A program made the position numbers and the translations under genes. Under the pieces are notes generated by a model that was not told the origin of the DNA, did not search any database, and worked only from the letters and a program-made list of their open reading frames with translations. Positions 52,917-64,000 of a DNA stretch of 64,000 nucleotides are shown here, piece by piece. Source of the DNA: Podarcis pityusensis (lineage: Eukaryota). Every line of letters starts with the position of its first letter. Position 1 is the first letter of the stretch. Location of the stretch: the NCBI GenBank assembly GCA_964106645.2, contig OZ067049.1; one strand, given 5' to 3'.

Positions 52917-53252
52917 GGCTGTAATCCTATACCCATCTACCTGGGAGTAAATCCCATTGAACTCAACAGAACCTACTTATAAGTGAACATGCCTAAGATC
53001 ACGCCGATAGGGTACCTGGGCAGGACAAAGTTAAGCAGTTCCATTGGTTTCCAGAGGCATACTCGAGCAGGCGCACGTCCTTAACTCTGCTCTATTTAAA
53101 ATAAGTGCGACCTGAAAGTGCTTAACTTTGTCTGGACCACGACCTTTCATAATAATTAAAGCAACAGATACCAGTTCCTGAGCTCATTTATTTGCAAGGC
53201 CATTGATTTCAGTAAAGCCTACTTCCAAGTAAGTGCTCTTAGGATGACAGCC
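52917..53252. mobile_element. Three adjacent MITE-like elements in HOXA6 intron
   Basis: 52917-53007 and 53185-53252 are short palindromic family copies. Between them is an element bounded by a perfect 14-bp IR, GACAAAGTTAAGCA (53024-53037) / TGCTTAACTTTGTC (53119-53132). Confidence 0.7.
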
Positions 53253-54195
53253 TAGAAACGAAGTATAATTACAAAGAAATAAATCCTAATATGCATTCTT
53301 AAAGCAAGAAGCCCCCACCCCAAAGTCTTATATTTACTGCAGTGTGGTGACCCCAAAAGAAACAAACTCACAACGGAGAAGGTAAACTTATGTAGGAAAA
53401 ACCTGAATAAAAATGCGTTGTGGAGTTTAAATTTTGCATGTCTTTTCCTCTCCTTTCCAATCTTTTCCTTTAAGAGGGACAAAGGATGAAATTCTGATCC
53501 ACTGAAATCAATGGGAATTTGGCCATTGATCAAGTTTCCTCTCTTCCCACCTCCTCCGCCCCCAGTAGATGATTTGTGTGCGTGCACATATTACTGGAAA
53601 ACGTGCATTCAGTAGTTAATACTTACACACTAATGAGTGGGTGAAGGGAGGGGGAAGAGAGGATCTGTCTTGCAAATATATTGAGCAGTCAATACAGAGG
53701 GCATATTCCTTTGCATCAGTCTTTGGCTCTCATGGAAGCGGGCTTCTTTTAATCATGATTATTTCGTACTAGTAGCAGCAGTAACCACCAACCAAGCCTA
53801 CAACGAGCACCAGATCTTAGTACTTTATACCGAACTGGCTCTCAGGTATGACTGTTTGGCATTGCAACCTTTATCTGCTGACTCAGACTTTAGGCGACCT
53901 TTCCTTTAAAATAAATAAATAAACGCATACTTTTTCAAAGTAGCCCCCCCACCCGACCTCACCCCGCCCAGCAGAGTGTCAGGATAGAGGAGAACCTGGA
54001 GAGGAATCTCAGTCTACCCATTTGCTTGCAGGTGACACTGGTCTTCATAGATCCAGCTCACCCCCCTGCAAAAAACCCCCTCTCATATTCCTCCATCCTC
54101 CCCCAAAGCCCTTTATCTCTCTCCCCCCTCACCTTCACTTTCACCCCCACTCGCCCGCCCACCCCTTGAGTCTTGCTTGCATCCCTGTGACTTAC

Positions 54196-54646
54196 CAGCG
54201 CACGAGTTCATCCTTTGCATCCAAGGATAAACAGGGCTGCTGTACTTCCGGTCGCTTCCTTCCTCGTTTAGGATTTTGGCCGGCCCGCTCTCGGGCTTGT
54301 ACTGCTGGTCAGAAGCAAAGCAGGGCAGATAGTCCCCAGGGTGGCTGGCCCTTTGCTTGCCACTGCCGGAGGGCGAGGAGGCGCCGCCCAAGTCCTTGTC
54401 TGGATAGAAGCAAGAGGCTCCATAGTCATAGGATGCCCGGTTGCAGGCGATGACCGTGTTGGTGGACTGTTGATAGAAGCAAGGTGAGGAGTAGGTCTTG
54501 TCCTGCAGGCTGCCGGCCCCATAAGAGGCTGGGAAGTGCCTCAGAGCCTCGTACCCAGCTGGGTAGATGGGGATCTGCCCGAGGAACGACTCCTGCCCAT
54601 TAGGCAGGCTCCCCGGGAAAGTGGGATTCACAAAATAGGAACTCAT
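54196..54646 (-). CDS. HOXA6: HOXA6 exon 1
   Basis: [24 protein letters not shown]...[18 protein letters not shown]. Donor G|GTAAGT at 54195. Length 451 nt, phase 1. Spliced protein is 235 aa. Confidence 0.97.
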
Positions 54647-54684
54647 TGACGCTCCCCAGATCCCGGACCGTGATTTGTTGTGTA

Positions 54685-54717
54685 TTAGTACATCTGGCTA
54701 TAACTATTAGTAGTCAT
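54685..54717 (-). other. uORF in HOXA6 leader ([10 protein letters not shown], internal ATG-TAC-TAA)
   Basis: ATG at 54717, TAA ending at 54685, 38 nt upstream of the HOXA6 ATG. Confidence 0.55.
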
Positions 54718-56083
54718 CGAAGTGGTTTGTTTCTGGATGGCCGAGCGCCAAAAGCGACAGCAGCAAATAGCACCAGCTGATGGCTCGGCAACCAATGAGA
54801 GAGCGGCGGAGGGCCCTTCTCCCCTGGGACCCGCCGCCACCGAACCAGCAAAGTTACAAACAACACCCCCCAGCCGCCGTATCTCAGCCGCCGCCGGAGC
54901 CCGGCAGATGGATGGCAACTTGGAAACAGCGGTTATCGTCCGCTGTGCCAAAAAGCTGGAGGCGGGGGGAAGGCTAGAGAGGAATTGTGTGTGTGTGTGT
55001 TGTTGTATAGATAAATAAATCAAGGTGATTGTAGACACCCAGAGCACAGCCCCGCTGGCATCTGTAAGCAAAAGAGGCACCTCTGCAAAGTTAGGGTGTC
55101 TAGACTGAAGGCGTTATGAAGCAGCACCCAGGAAACTCCCTATTGATTCTCCCGCCAGGACCCTTCAGCCTCCCCCCTCCCCGGAAGATGAAAGCAAGGC
55201 AGCCGGTTGGTTGATTTATGTGGTATCTAAGAATTTTAAAAATATAATAAGAAAATGTCAAACAAGTTCGAAAACGGGAACTTCTGCTCACTGACCGGAT
55301 TAAAAAGAAACCACCTCAATTAAAAGCTTCAATTATTTTCACATATTCCTAGTCTGGGGCGGGGCGGGGAGAATAAGCTTAGTCATACAAGGCTTCCCAA
55401 AAGGTTTCGATTCAGGTAATAATAATAATTAATAATAATGTCGAATACAGCTTAGTCTAGTTTTATTTGGTTAGTAAAAAAACACGCGCGCATAGATAAG
55501 TCTCTCTGCAATGATTCTTCTTCTTTGAGCCTCTTGGTGGCTGAGGAAAAGAATCTCGTCTGTTCAGCTTGACCCAGACAATTTTAATAGTAAATCGGAA
55601 AGCAGGAAAGAAGTGAGGATGTCTCGACGTGGTTGTTATTGTGTGTTGGCAGTGGGTGGGCTTTTTTTGTTTGTTATTGTTTTTGGCAAAGGAATCCTCT
55701 CCAAAGTAGCTGAGAACACGACATTGTTTTTCTTGTTGACATTTTTTAACTCGTCAAGGAATATATCTGCAGCTTTAGTCCTTGTTTTTGTCTCCGTCTG
55801 GCAGGCAGAGGGGAAACCCGTCATGGCGAACTCTGCACAAATACCCTTTATAGCCAGTACTTTGGGTGGGGGGGGGCTGCCCCTTTTCATCTTTATATTT
55901 AACCTGGCTGTTGTGGACTCCCCCAGACATCACCTAGCAAGCACCACACTGTAATCCCTCCCCCACAAACGTGGTGGAAATTTTAGGGTGATGAAAAGAA
56001 GGCGGTACGCCTAGGCCTAAGGTAGCAGAGGTACTAATGCTAACATCTGATAGATCCACGCTTTTAATACATTTGATTCATTT

Positions 56084-56167
56084 CTAAGCACGTTTACTCA
56101 GAAGTAAGTCCCCCCCCCCAGCCCATTAGGACTTTGGTCCCAAGTAAAGTGTCTTTAGGACAGAGGC
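56084..56167. mobile_element. Short palindromic repeat copy
   Basis: CACGTTTACTCAGAAGTAAGTCCC...GGACTT...CCCAAGTAAAGTGTCTTTAGGA. Confidence 0.55.
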
Positions 56168-59100
56168 CCACAAAATGTTTTCTGTGCCAATTGCCTGGGT
56201 AGCGATTTACACTTCCCTCCACAGACTCGGGTTTTTGAATGGGCGCTTTAAAAACTATCCCTCAATTGGCTTGAAAGCCGTGAGCTTTGTCCCAGTTGCA
56301 ATCTGGTTTGTTTCATTTCCGGAGTCCCATTACGGGATCTATAAAACAGCAGTAAGTTAAAACGTCTCCCCACCGTGTGCATTGTTTGCGCCCCTCATCG
56401 GGGTTTCACAGGGAACTCTCGATTACCTCCAATAATGGCGAGTGCTTTCAAAGGACTTCCCCAATCTTTCCGCTAAAAGGTTACCTATAAATGCAATCGA
56501 TAGTATAGGTGGGAGAGCTCAGAAGCAGAGGAACAGGAAGCTAACCATTCGCCGAGAACAACAAAAAATGAGTAAATCACGTTTCAAACATTTTTACAGT
56601 GCAGATATATAACGTCAGGATGCACAAGGCACTCGAAAGTGGGAAACTTCATACGGTTGAAGGACAGGTAAAACATTTCTTCACTCTCTATTAATATTTT
56701 CAGGAAGTTGTGCTAAGGTTCCCCTTCCCATCAGTTTTAATGAACCAAAATGCCACTCTCAAATCATCCTGCAAAGACCAGCAGCCAGTAAATATACAAA
56801 CTGTAGGGAAGTGCCTGTAAATTCAGCGCAATATAACGAAGGCATCGCCCTCATTTTTCTTTTACTCACCAAGAACCAAATAAAGCAGAATTTAAAGTAG
56901 GAAAGTGCATGCAACGCTCGCCAGGTCTCTTAACGAGGTTATTTAGCAATATGCAATGTAATAATAATAATAATGTCATGGTTACAGTCCAATGTACAAA
57001 ATATATATATATCAAGGTCTGCCAGTAGAAAAAGTCGCCCCTCCCCAACGAGAGGTTCCGAGACCCACATCTGCTAAGCAGAAGCCTTGCCATAGACTGC
57101 AGCTTCTCAATGAACCCAGACAAGCTCCCGGAGACACATTCCTAACCCAAGCAAGGTAAACAGCTGGAGTGGCCCCGTTTAAAAGAAAACATGCAAAACT
57201 CCAAAACTTTTTTTTTTTTTTTTTTAAATATAGCAGTACCCATCGATTTAAAATGTGTGACTACCCGTTTAACAGTGCGAGGATTTCCCCCATCCACCCC
57301 CTTTGCTCTCGGGCTTTCATTCAGTCGAAGCCATAAGTCAAACAAAGTTAGAATACAGGTGCGGGCGGCAGTTACCCTCTTAAGCTTAAAAGCTCCGTTT
57401 CCCTAAGGTATAAATCCACTTGCAAATCCTTCTTATGTTCGGAGATGTAACAGAAAGCAACATTTAACTAACAGCCGCTAATCCAAACAGTTCTCGCAAT
57501 CCCAGCTATTGTTTAGACTGAACGTGTTAGTAGCCCTTCCTGGTCCTTCCAATTCACCACGCCAAAACACTCAGTTCAACAACCATATCTTTCCGGGGTG
57601 TCCCCTTCAAATCCCGTCTGCCACGTAAATTTTTTAAGCTCTCGCGGAAAAAGAATCCTTAAAGCGATACGGCTTGAGGTGGGCAACTGAAGGCCGATTT
57701 TTACAAATAGAGTTTTCCAATGGAGAACCACCCGCTACGTTCTGCGGGGCTGTGTGTGTGTGTTTGGATGTGTGTGTGTGATACTGGCGGTTGCCCCAGC
57801 TCACTCTGCGTCCAGTACCACCTTCAACCACACAGTGGCAGCACTGAGTACTTGGCGATAAATAATCCGACATTCACTGCGGTTGCAGTCAGCCAGATAC
57901 TGCAATGCAATGCACACGTAATTCTTTATCAGCTCGGAGAAGTGGGGGGGGGGACACACGCATCGTTCTGAACACATAAGATAATTGCTTCTCATCTTTA
58001 ACAACTGAAATGAATATTTGAAGATATGCAATCCGAAATATTTTCCTCCCAGAAAACCATTTTAAGGAGACGACACAAAATGGGCGCATCACACAAAATT
58101 ACGCACCCTTACGAAAATATTGCTTCACCACATCCCTCCACCTATACCAATTTTGAGGATAATTTTCTATTATTTCATTAACCTGTTTTTCTCTCACATC
58201 CACACAAACACTCCCCCGTCTCCACCAAACAAAAAGCCGCATTTTGTGATTCTGAAGTAAGCTTCCTTATTTCATTTAATCCTTAATTATCATTAAGGAA
58301 CAAGCTGCATTTCGGGACTTTAAAAAGCTCCTAATGTTATCCAGGCGCCATACGATATACGTGACTACCATGCTATTGTACGTACATCTTCATCTGAAGA
58401 TGGAGCAATCCAGTGCATGCATAATCTATCCTCTGACGTTACCGGAATTAATTTCCACCTAACATCTAAAATGAAGCGATAAGTTCCTAAACTCTCTATT
58501 TACATTGACAGATCTCATAGCAACAACAACCACGCATTAAACAAACAAAAAGTCAAAACGCACCCGCTTTGCTAAAATACACATTTTAGAAGCATTCCAG
58601 GTCTGCCTTACTATCAACGCAACATTTAATGAGACGGTTTCTAAAATCTCCCGTGGCTTCAAAAAAACACAGGTTATTCTTAAGCAAATGTAGCTGCAGC
58701 CGGTGCTAAAATAGCATATCTACAGGCTCACTAGCAGTTCTGGTCTGTTTTGATTGCACCCGGCGCAATCCAGGAAGCTTAGAGAGTCAATTGGCACCAT
58801 CGCACCTTTGGCGGATCAACATTCTATGTCTAATCTGTTTCAGAGAAGGATGCTGATTTTCCAGGTTTGTCTAGTCTAATGTTATAGCAGAGGTTGCTCG
58901 CTCATGCTGGTAGTTCTCTGAATTTCTCACCTTTTTAGGTTCTGGCTTGCAGGAGCCCCTGCTACTTTGACAGCTGTCGCTTTGGCTGCACCGGAGACGA
59001 ATCGCCCTCCTTTTGGTGCCAGAAGAAGCAGGAAATTAGCCAGGTTGCGAGTTGAAAATCTGCCACTCCAGCGCTTTGAATCCAATATGCCACACCTTCC

Positions 59101-59319
59101 GGCGGAGGAACTGGAAATTGCCATCCAAGACCTGCGTTCTAGGCGACTGCCTGCTCTGAACCTCCATCCACCCGGCTCCCTATTGACTTACAAAGGACAA
59201 ATGAAAATCGGGGGTGGTGGAGGTGGGGGGGAACTGAAAAGCCAGAGAGATCCGAAGCAGGACAGAGCTGAGCAAAAGAATGCAGCTCTATTCTCGCCAG
59301 GGAAATTATAAAAAAGTTC

Positions 59320-59435
59320 ATGTTCACGGTTGCCATCCACATGACCATCGGCAACCAATGGAGGAACGGAACCACTCATAAAGTTGTATTGCAAAGTTGT
59401 AAATTTTCATAAACAACAACGGATTTATGGCTCTT
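59320..59435. promoter_or_regulatory. Conserved Hox7/6 intergenic element (H8/7-6 four-cluster-sequence type)
   Basis: GTTGCCATCCACATGACC, CCAAT box, CATAAAGTTGTATTGCAAAGTTGTAAATTTTCATAAAC and GGATTTATGG form a dense Hox/Cdx-site block between HOXA7 and HOXA6. Confidence 0.65.
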
Positions 59436-61288
59436 TCCTCCTCACTAAGAAAGAGGCAGGACTTAGAGAGGCGCCATTTTACCAGAGAGGCAAGCTCTAG
59501 ATTTTTTAAAGGACCCACAGCCTGGACAATTTTTGAATTGTATTTTATAATAGGGGGAATATTAAAACTGTGCCACACGCTTTTAACAGAGCAGCAGGAA
59601 ATCTGCCCTTATTCACTCACCACTCTTATTTATCTTTCCATATATATATATATATGAGAGATAGCACTCAGTTTTGCTTTAAATGAATAAAAAGGGGGCG
59701 GGGAGAAAAATTGCTCGTAGGAGAAATATTTTGGGAATATGCTATGGAAATAGGTTCTATACGTGTTATATCTTTGCTAATGGCATTGTCCTTAATTCCG
59801 TGTTCCGGGGGCTAGCGTGCACCCTCCAGACGGCGCCTTAAAGCGCCTTATAGTCATTCCATTCCAGAAATTTCAGTGACTTCCTCTCCAAAGTGCGGAC
59901 TATACCAGCTTATATATACCTCGCGAGATGCGTTTGAAAAACAAATCCTGAATTAGTTAATTAGGACCTACTTCGAAATCAGATGTATGTTTTCCAACGA
60001 ACCAGTAGACTCATCTTAAGCAAAATCTCTCTTTTATATCCCCATTATACTATGGGGAAGGAACTCTGATTGGAATCCACGAGATTTCCGCCCAAGTAAT
60101 ATTTGGGTTTGCTTGCTGGGTGGCTAGCAGCCTGCTCGCTCATTCTCGTATATAAAGTAGATCACTGTGAGAGCAGATCTTAGTGATTATATTAACATTC
60201 ATTTCCAAGTACCAGGTTGAGAGAGTTATCGTTAATTGCTTTGGGTTGTTTTGTATATACTCGGGACTTTCGCATTTGGATGCGGGTCTGCATGTGTGCC
60301 TAGACGTGTATATAAATGTTTATATAGATATGTAATTTTTAATAATAAAAAAGAGAGGATATTTTGTCAACAAGCATTTTTTATTTCTGTGTAACATAAA
60401 ACACATCGAACGTGGGCGATACACGACAGCACCTCCGAAGAGTATTCACGCAGACGCACACACACACGCACTTCCCGCCCCCTTCAATTTTAACACGAGA
60501 TACCTCAATGTTCACAGTGGAAAAACACATTGTAACGTACATTTTATGAATAAAGTTTAGCCAAAACTTTCAAGGCAGAATTTATTTATACAGAGTTGTC
60601 AACGTTGCTTCATGCTACAAAGTTTGCCTAACCAAGTACAGGCTTCCCAGCAGATGACATGGTATATTTATCAATGAGGTCCAAGAAAATCAGAAATGGC
60701 TCAAGCCTCCCTCGATCCAATATACAATATTCGTTCATTGTTATGAAAATTAACGCTGCTTCAGACTTAACACATTCTGGCAATAGGGAGAAGGGAATAA
60801 GGTGGCTGAGAATAGGTATATGTGGCCGGTGCTTAAATTCACATCTTTTTTTCAATTTGTTGCTTTGTGTTTTTTTCAGTTGCATCAAGCAGAATGGTAG
60901 AAAACTCAAAAGGGAACACTAAATCGGCCTTGAACAGAGCCGCACAAAAAGGACGCGATGAAACCGCTTTGTACAAATCCTTGGCGATGGTTTAACCATC
61001 AAATTCGGCCTAGCTAAGACTTGTGTGACGAAAGCTTACATTGCAGCATATTGTTTCCACTTAATAACAGCCTTAGAATAAATATATTATTATTATTATT
61101 TAAAAACTTTAAATTATACTCAACAATACCAGGCATCAAATCCTGTGGCGGACTTGGGAAGATCTCCCGTTTCAATTGTTTTCCCTTTTATACCTTATGC
61201 GCTACGCTTGAGGTCCTACAAGGAAGTCCGCTTTAAGTATTGTCGTCTTTCCTTTTTGCATTAATAAAATACAGCATACTTTTGAAGA

Positions 61289-61566
61289 TAGGTAGGCGGA
61301 GCTAGATAACAGGTAGTTTGGAAAATAGGTAGTACAAATCACTGCAGCTGAGTGTAGTGGTTAAAGTCATTGTTTTCTCCCGCATGGAATTCAAAATTCC
61401 CCACCCACCCCAAATCCTTCTTCAGGTTATTTTAAACAAAGAAACAACAACAAAAAATTTCAGTAACTGGAAGTACATCGATCCTCAGCGTAAATTAGGT
61501 AGTTTGAGTGTGAGCCTAATGCACTTGTCCCTTAGCGATTGATTGGGACCAGTACAGTCAGGTAGT
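61289..61566 (-). promoter_or_regulatory. Five miR-196 seed sites in HOXA7 3' UTR
   Basis: 8mers ACTACCTA at 61326-61333 and 61496-61503; 7mer-m8 at 61311-61317 and 61560-61566; 7mer-A1 at 61289-61295. HOXA7 is an established miR-196 target. Confidence 0.85.
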
Positions 61567-62014
61567 TTATTTGGAAGTTAAACTATATGGGGCTCCCCCA
61601 GCGCTTTCCCCCCTTTTTCTTTTTCTTATTATGTGCAAGTTACGACACCCCCCTCCCCTCACAGATACCAGGGCGGGGAGAAAAATCTATCCGTCTATTA
61701 TGTAACAAAAAATAATAATACAACAGGTTTGGACATTCACAGCCAAACTGGTCCGGGTGTTCAAGTGATAATTTTACTCTTAGTTTACACAGAGCTGCGT
61801 CTCGGATGCTCTGGGAATGCGGAAGGGCCAGTCGAGGTGAACTCACCTCTCCCCCCATCCCTTATAATTGGAATTGGCGATTGCAAGGGTCTCCTTTTTA
61901 AATAGATTTTAATTATTATTTGAAGAGAGCGTTTACAATGTCACGTGCATACAGAAGACGAGCGCTGGGCTCCGGCGAGCGAGAGCCCGGGAGAGGGGGG
62001 GGGGAGTTGTCCGT

Positions 62015-62419
<405 letters not shown>

Positions 62420-62562
62420 ANNNNNNNNNNNNNNNNNNNNNNNNNNNNNNNNNNNNNNNNNNNNNNNNNNNNNNNNNNNNNNNNNNNNNNNNNNNNNNNN
62501 NNNNNNNNNNNNNNNNNNNNNNNNNNNNNNNNNNNNNNNNNNNNNNNNNNNNGCATTTCAAG

Positions 62563-62700
62563 CCTGCTCCTGTCTACTCAGAAGTAAGCTCCATTGAGTC
62601 CAGCAAGGCGTAACTTCCAGGCCAAGTGGGTAGAAGCTGACCGTCCAATTCTGAGACACGTCTACTCGGAAGCAAATCCCACTGACTTCCTGCACAGTAT
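62563..62700. mobile_element. Two short palindromic repeat copies in HOXA7 intron
   Basis: GTCTACTCAGAAGTAAGCTCCATTGAGTCC and GTCTACTCGGAAGCAAATCCCACTGAC. Confidence 0.55.
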
Positions 62701-63132
62701 ACTAAAAACTGAAGGCTTAGCTTTCCCTCAAGTGCCCCGGGCAAAGGCGACAAGCCGGGAGAGACTGGGTGGGTGGAGGAATTCGGGTTTTAACCATGTA
62801 GTTTAAATAAACAAACCCAGGCGGGGGGAAAGAGGGCGATTGACTGAAAGCAAACTCTCTCCGGTTTTGCCCGCCACATTCCAGACTCTGGCGGAAGTCA
62901 AAGCGGTGTCTGGAACTCAGGGCTCGCTTTCGCTCCCAGTTAAAAGAGCAGGTCTTCCTGTCCTCCCGCAAAATTAACTGCAGGTTCGGATTTAGGTCGC
63001 TCCAATAACCCCTTTCTTTATTGACATGCCTACCACTGACCGTCTATATTTCTTGCGGAGGGTGGGTCAGATAAATAAGAGGGAATCAAACGTTTTCGCT
63101 CACTCCAAGAATAGAAAGCTCCATTTCCCCCC

Positions 63133-63138
<6 letters not shown>

Positions 63139-63179
<41 letters not shown>
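63139..63179. repeat. (TC)n microsatellite
   Basis: Visible run. Confidence 0.95.
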
Positions 63180-63183
<4 letters not shown>

Positions 63184-63399
63184 CGACCCCCACCCCATCC
63201 CAGTCCGCACCCCCGGCTCTTCTCTCACTCAGCATTACCGCCCCCCTTCGCCAGTGCGGGCGAGGAGAAGCGAGGCTCTCCCCCTGCCAGTCTCCGGCCA
63301 CCTTCGCCATCACCCTTCCCATATTTCCCTAGGGCCTCGACCAAAAATTCAACCCAACGCTCCCATTCCATATCGGGGGGGAAAGAGAAAGAGAGAGAG

Positions 63400-63480
63400 A
63401 GTTAAATAAATTTACGAGGCTAGAACCCATTAATTGGGCAATAAAAAGTTTTATGAGACTCATTTACATACAATGCCACG
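63400..63480. promoter_or_regulatory. HB1 homeodomain-site cluster in HOXA7 intron
   Basis: TAAATTTACGAG...CCATTAATTGGGCAATAAAAAGTTTTATGA, the established conserved Hoxa7 intron element type. Confidence 0.7.
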
Positions 63481-63716
63481 GGCTTTCTGCGCAATGGCGC
63501 CGCTTGCTCTAATTAAAAGCAGGCAGGCAGGCAGGGCAGGCGCGCGCGCGCTCCTTGCGTGGAAGTTGCCCCCGCACCCGCGTGGAAGTTGCCATTCGCC
63601 TGCTTGGCAGCGCTTTCAATCCAACGCCCCCCCCCTCCGCCCGGCCTTCCCCGCCCGCATCTCGGTTTTGTCCCCCCCCCCCTTCCTTCCTTCCTTCCTT
63701 CCTTCCTCCCCCATAC

Positions 63717-64000
63717 CTGAAGACCTCATCCAGGGGTATATCCGGAAATTACTCTCCGCCTGGCTGTGCAGGTTGCTGTCCTCCGCTTTGTCACAGCTGG
63801 GCTTGGTTAAGTCATTGCAAAGGACGGGAATGTTCTGATCAAAAGAGGAGCAATGCAGGTTGTAGGCATCGGAGCCCAGGCTGTATCCGGAAGAGAACGG
63901 GCTTTGATATATGGTGCTGTTCACGTTGTACAAGGCAGGCATGGAGGAGGTGAACGCGCTAGCGCCTGGTCCATAGCCGCTTCTCTGCGAGTTGGTAGCA
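63717..64000 (-). CDS. HOXA7: HOXA7 exon 1 (5' part off-window)
   Basis: ...ATNSQRSGYGPGASAFTSSMPALYNVNS...QAESNFRIYPWMRSS. Donor G|GTATGG at 63716, phase 1. Confidence 0.96.

Overview
Eukaryotic (vertebrate) DNA: the anterior-central part of a HoxA cluster, all genes on the minus strand. From left to right these are HOXA2 (3' end off-window), HOXA3, HOXA4, HOXA5, HOXA6 and HOXA7 (5' end off-window). Each has two coding exons split by a phase-1 GT-AG intron between the YPWM/FPWM hexapeptide and the homeobox. All six spliced frames are intact. The ORF track misses HOXA6 exon 2 and HOXA2 exon 2 in the coding frame. Protein features and interspersed repeats point to a sauropsid, most likely a lizard; this is inference. 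Classical cis-elements are recognisable: HOXA2 r2, r4 and r3/r5 enhancers, the HOXA3 r5/r6 enhancer, three DR5 RAREs, HB1 intron elements, a CTCF motif upstream of HOXA5, the Hox7/6 four-cluster element, and miR-196/miR-10 target sites. Unusually for a vertebrate Hox cluster, it carries many transposon-derived pieces: an intact hAT MITE with a perfect 8-bp TSD in the HOXA3 intron, at least 12 copies of a short palindromic element, and a Penelope-like fragment with a decayed hammerhead. I found no evidence for a wholly new biological system. The best leads are lineage-specific changes in conserved control elements (HOXA5 miR-196 site, HOXA3 kreisler site, HOXA6 homeodomain), conserved-looking uORFs, and a motif module repeated at three intergenic/promoter positions. 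Seven N blocks hide several promoter/leader segments.
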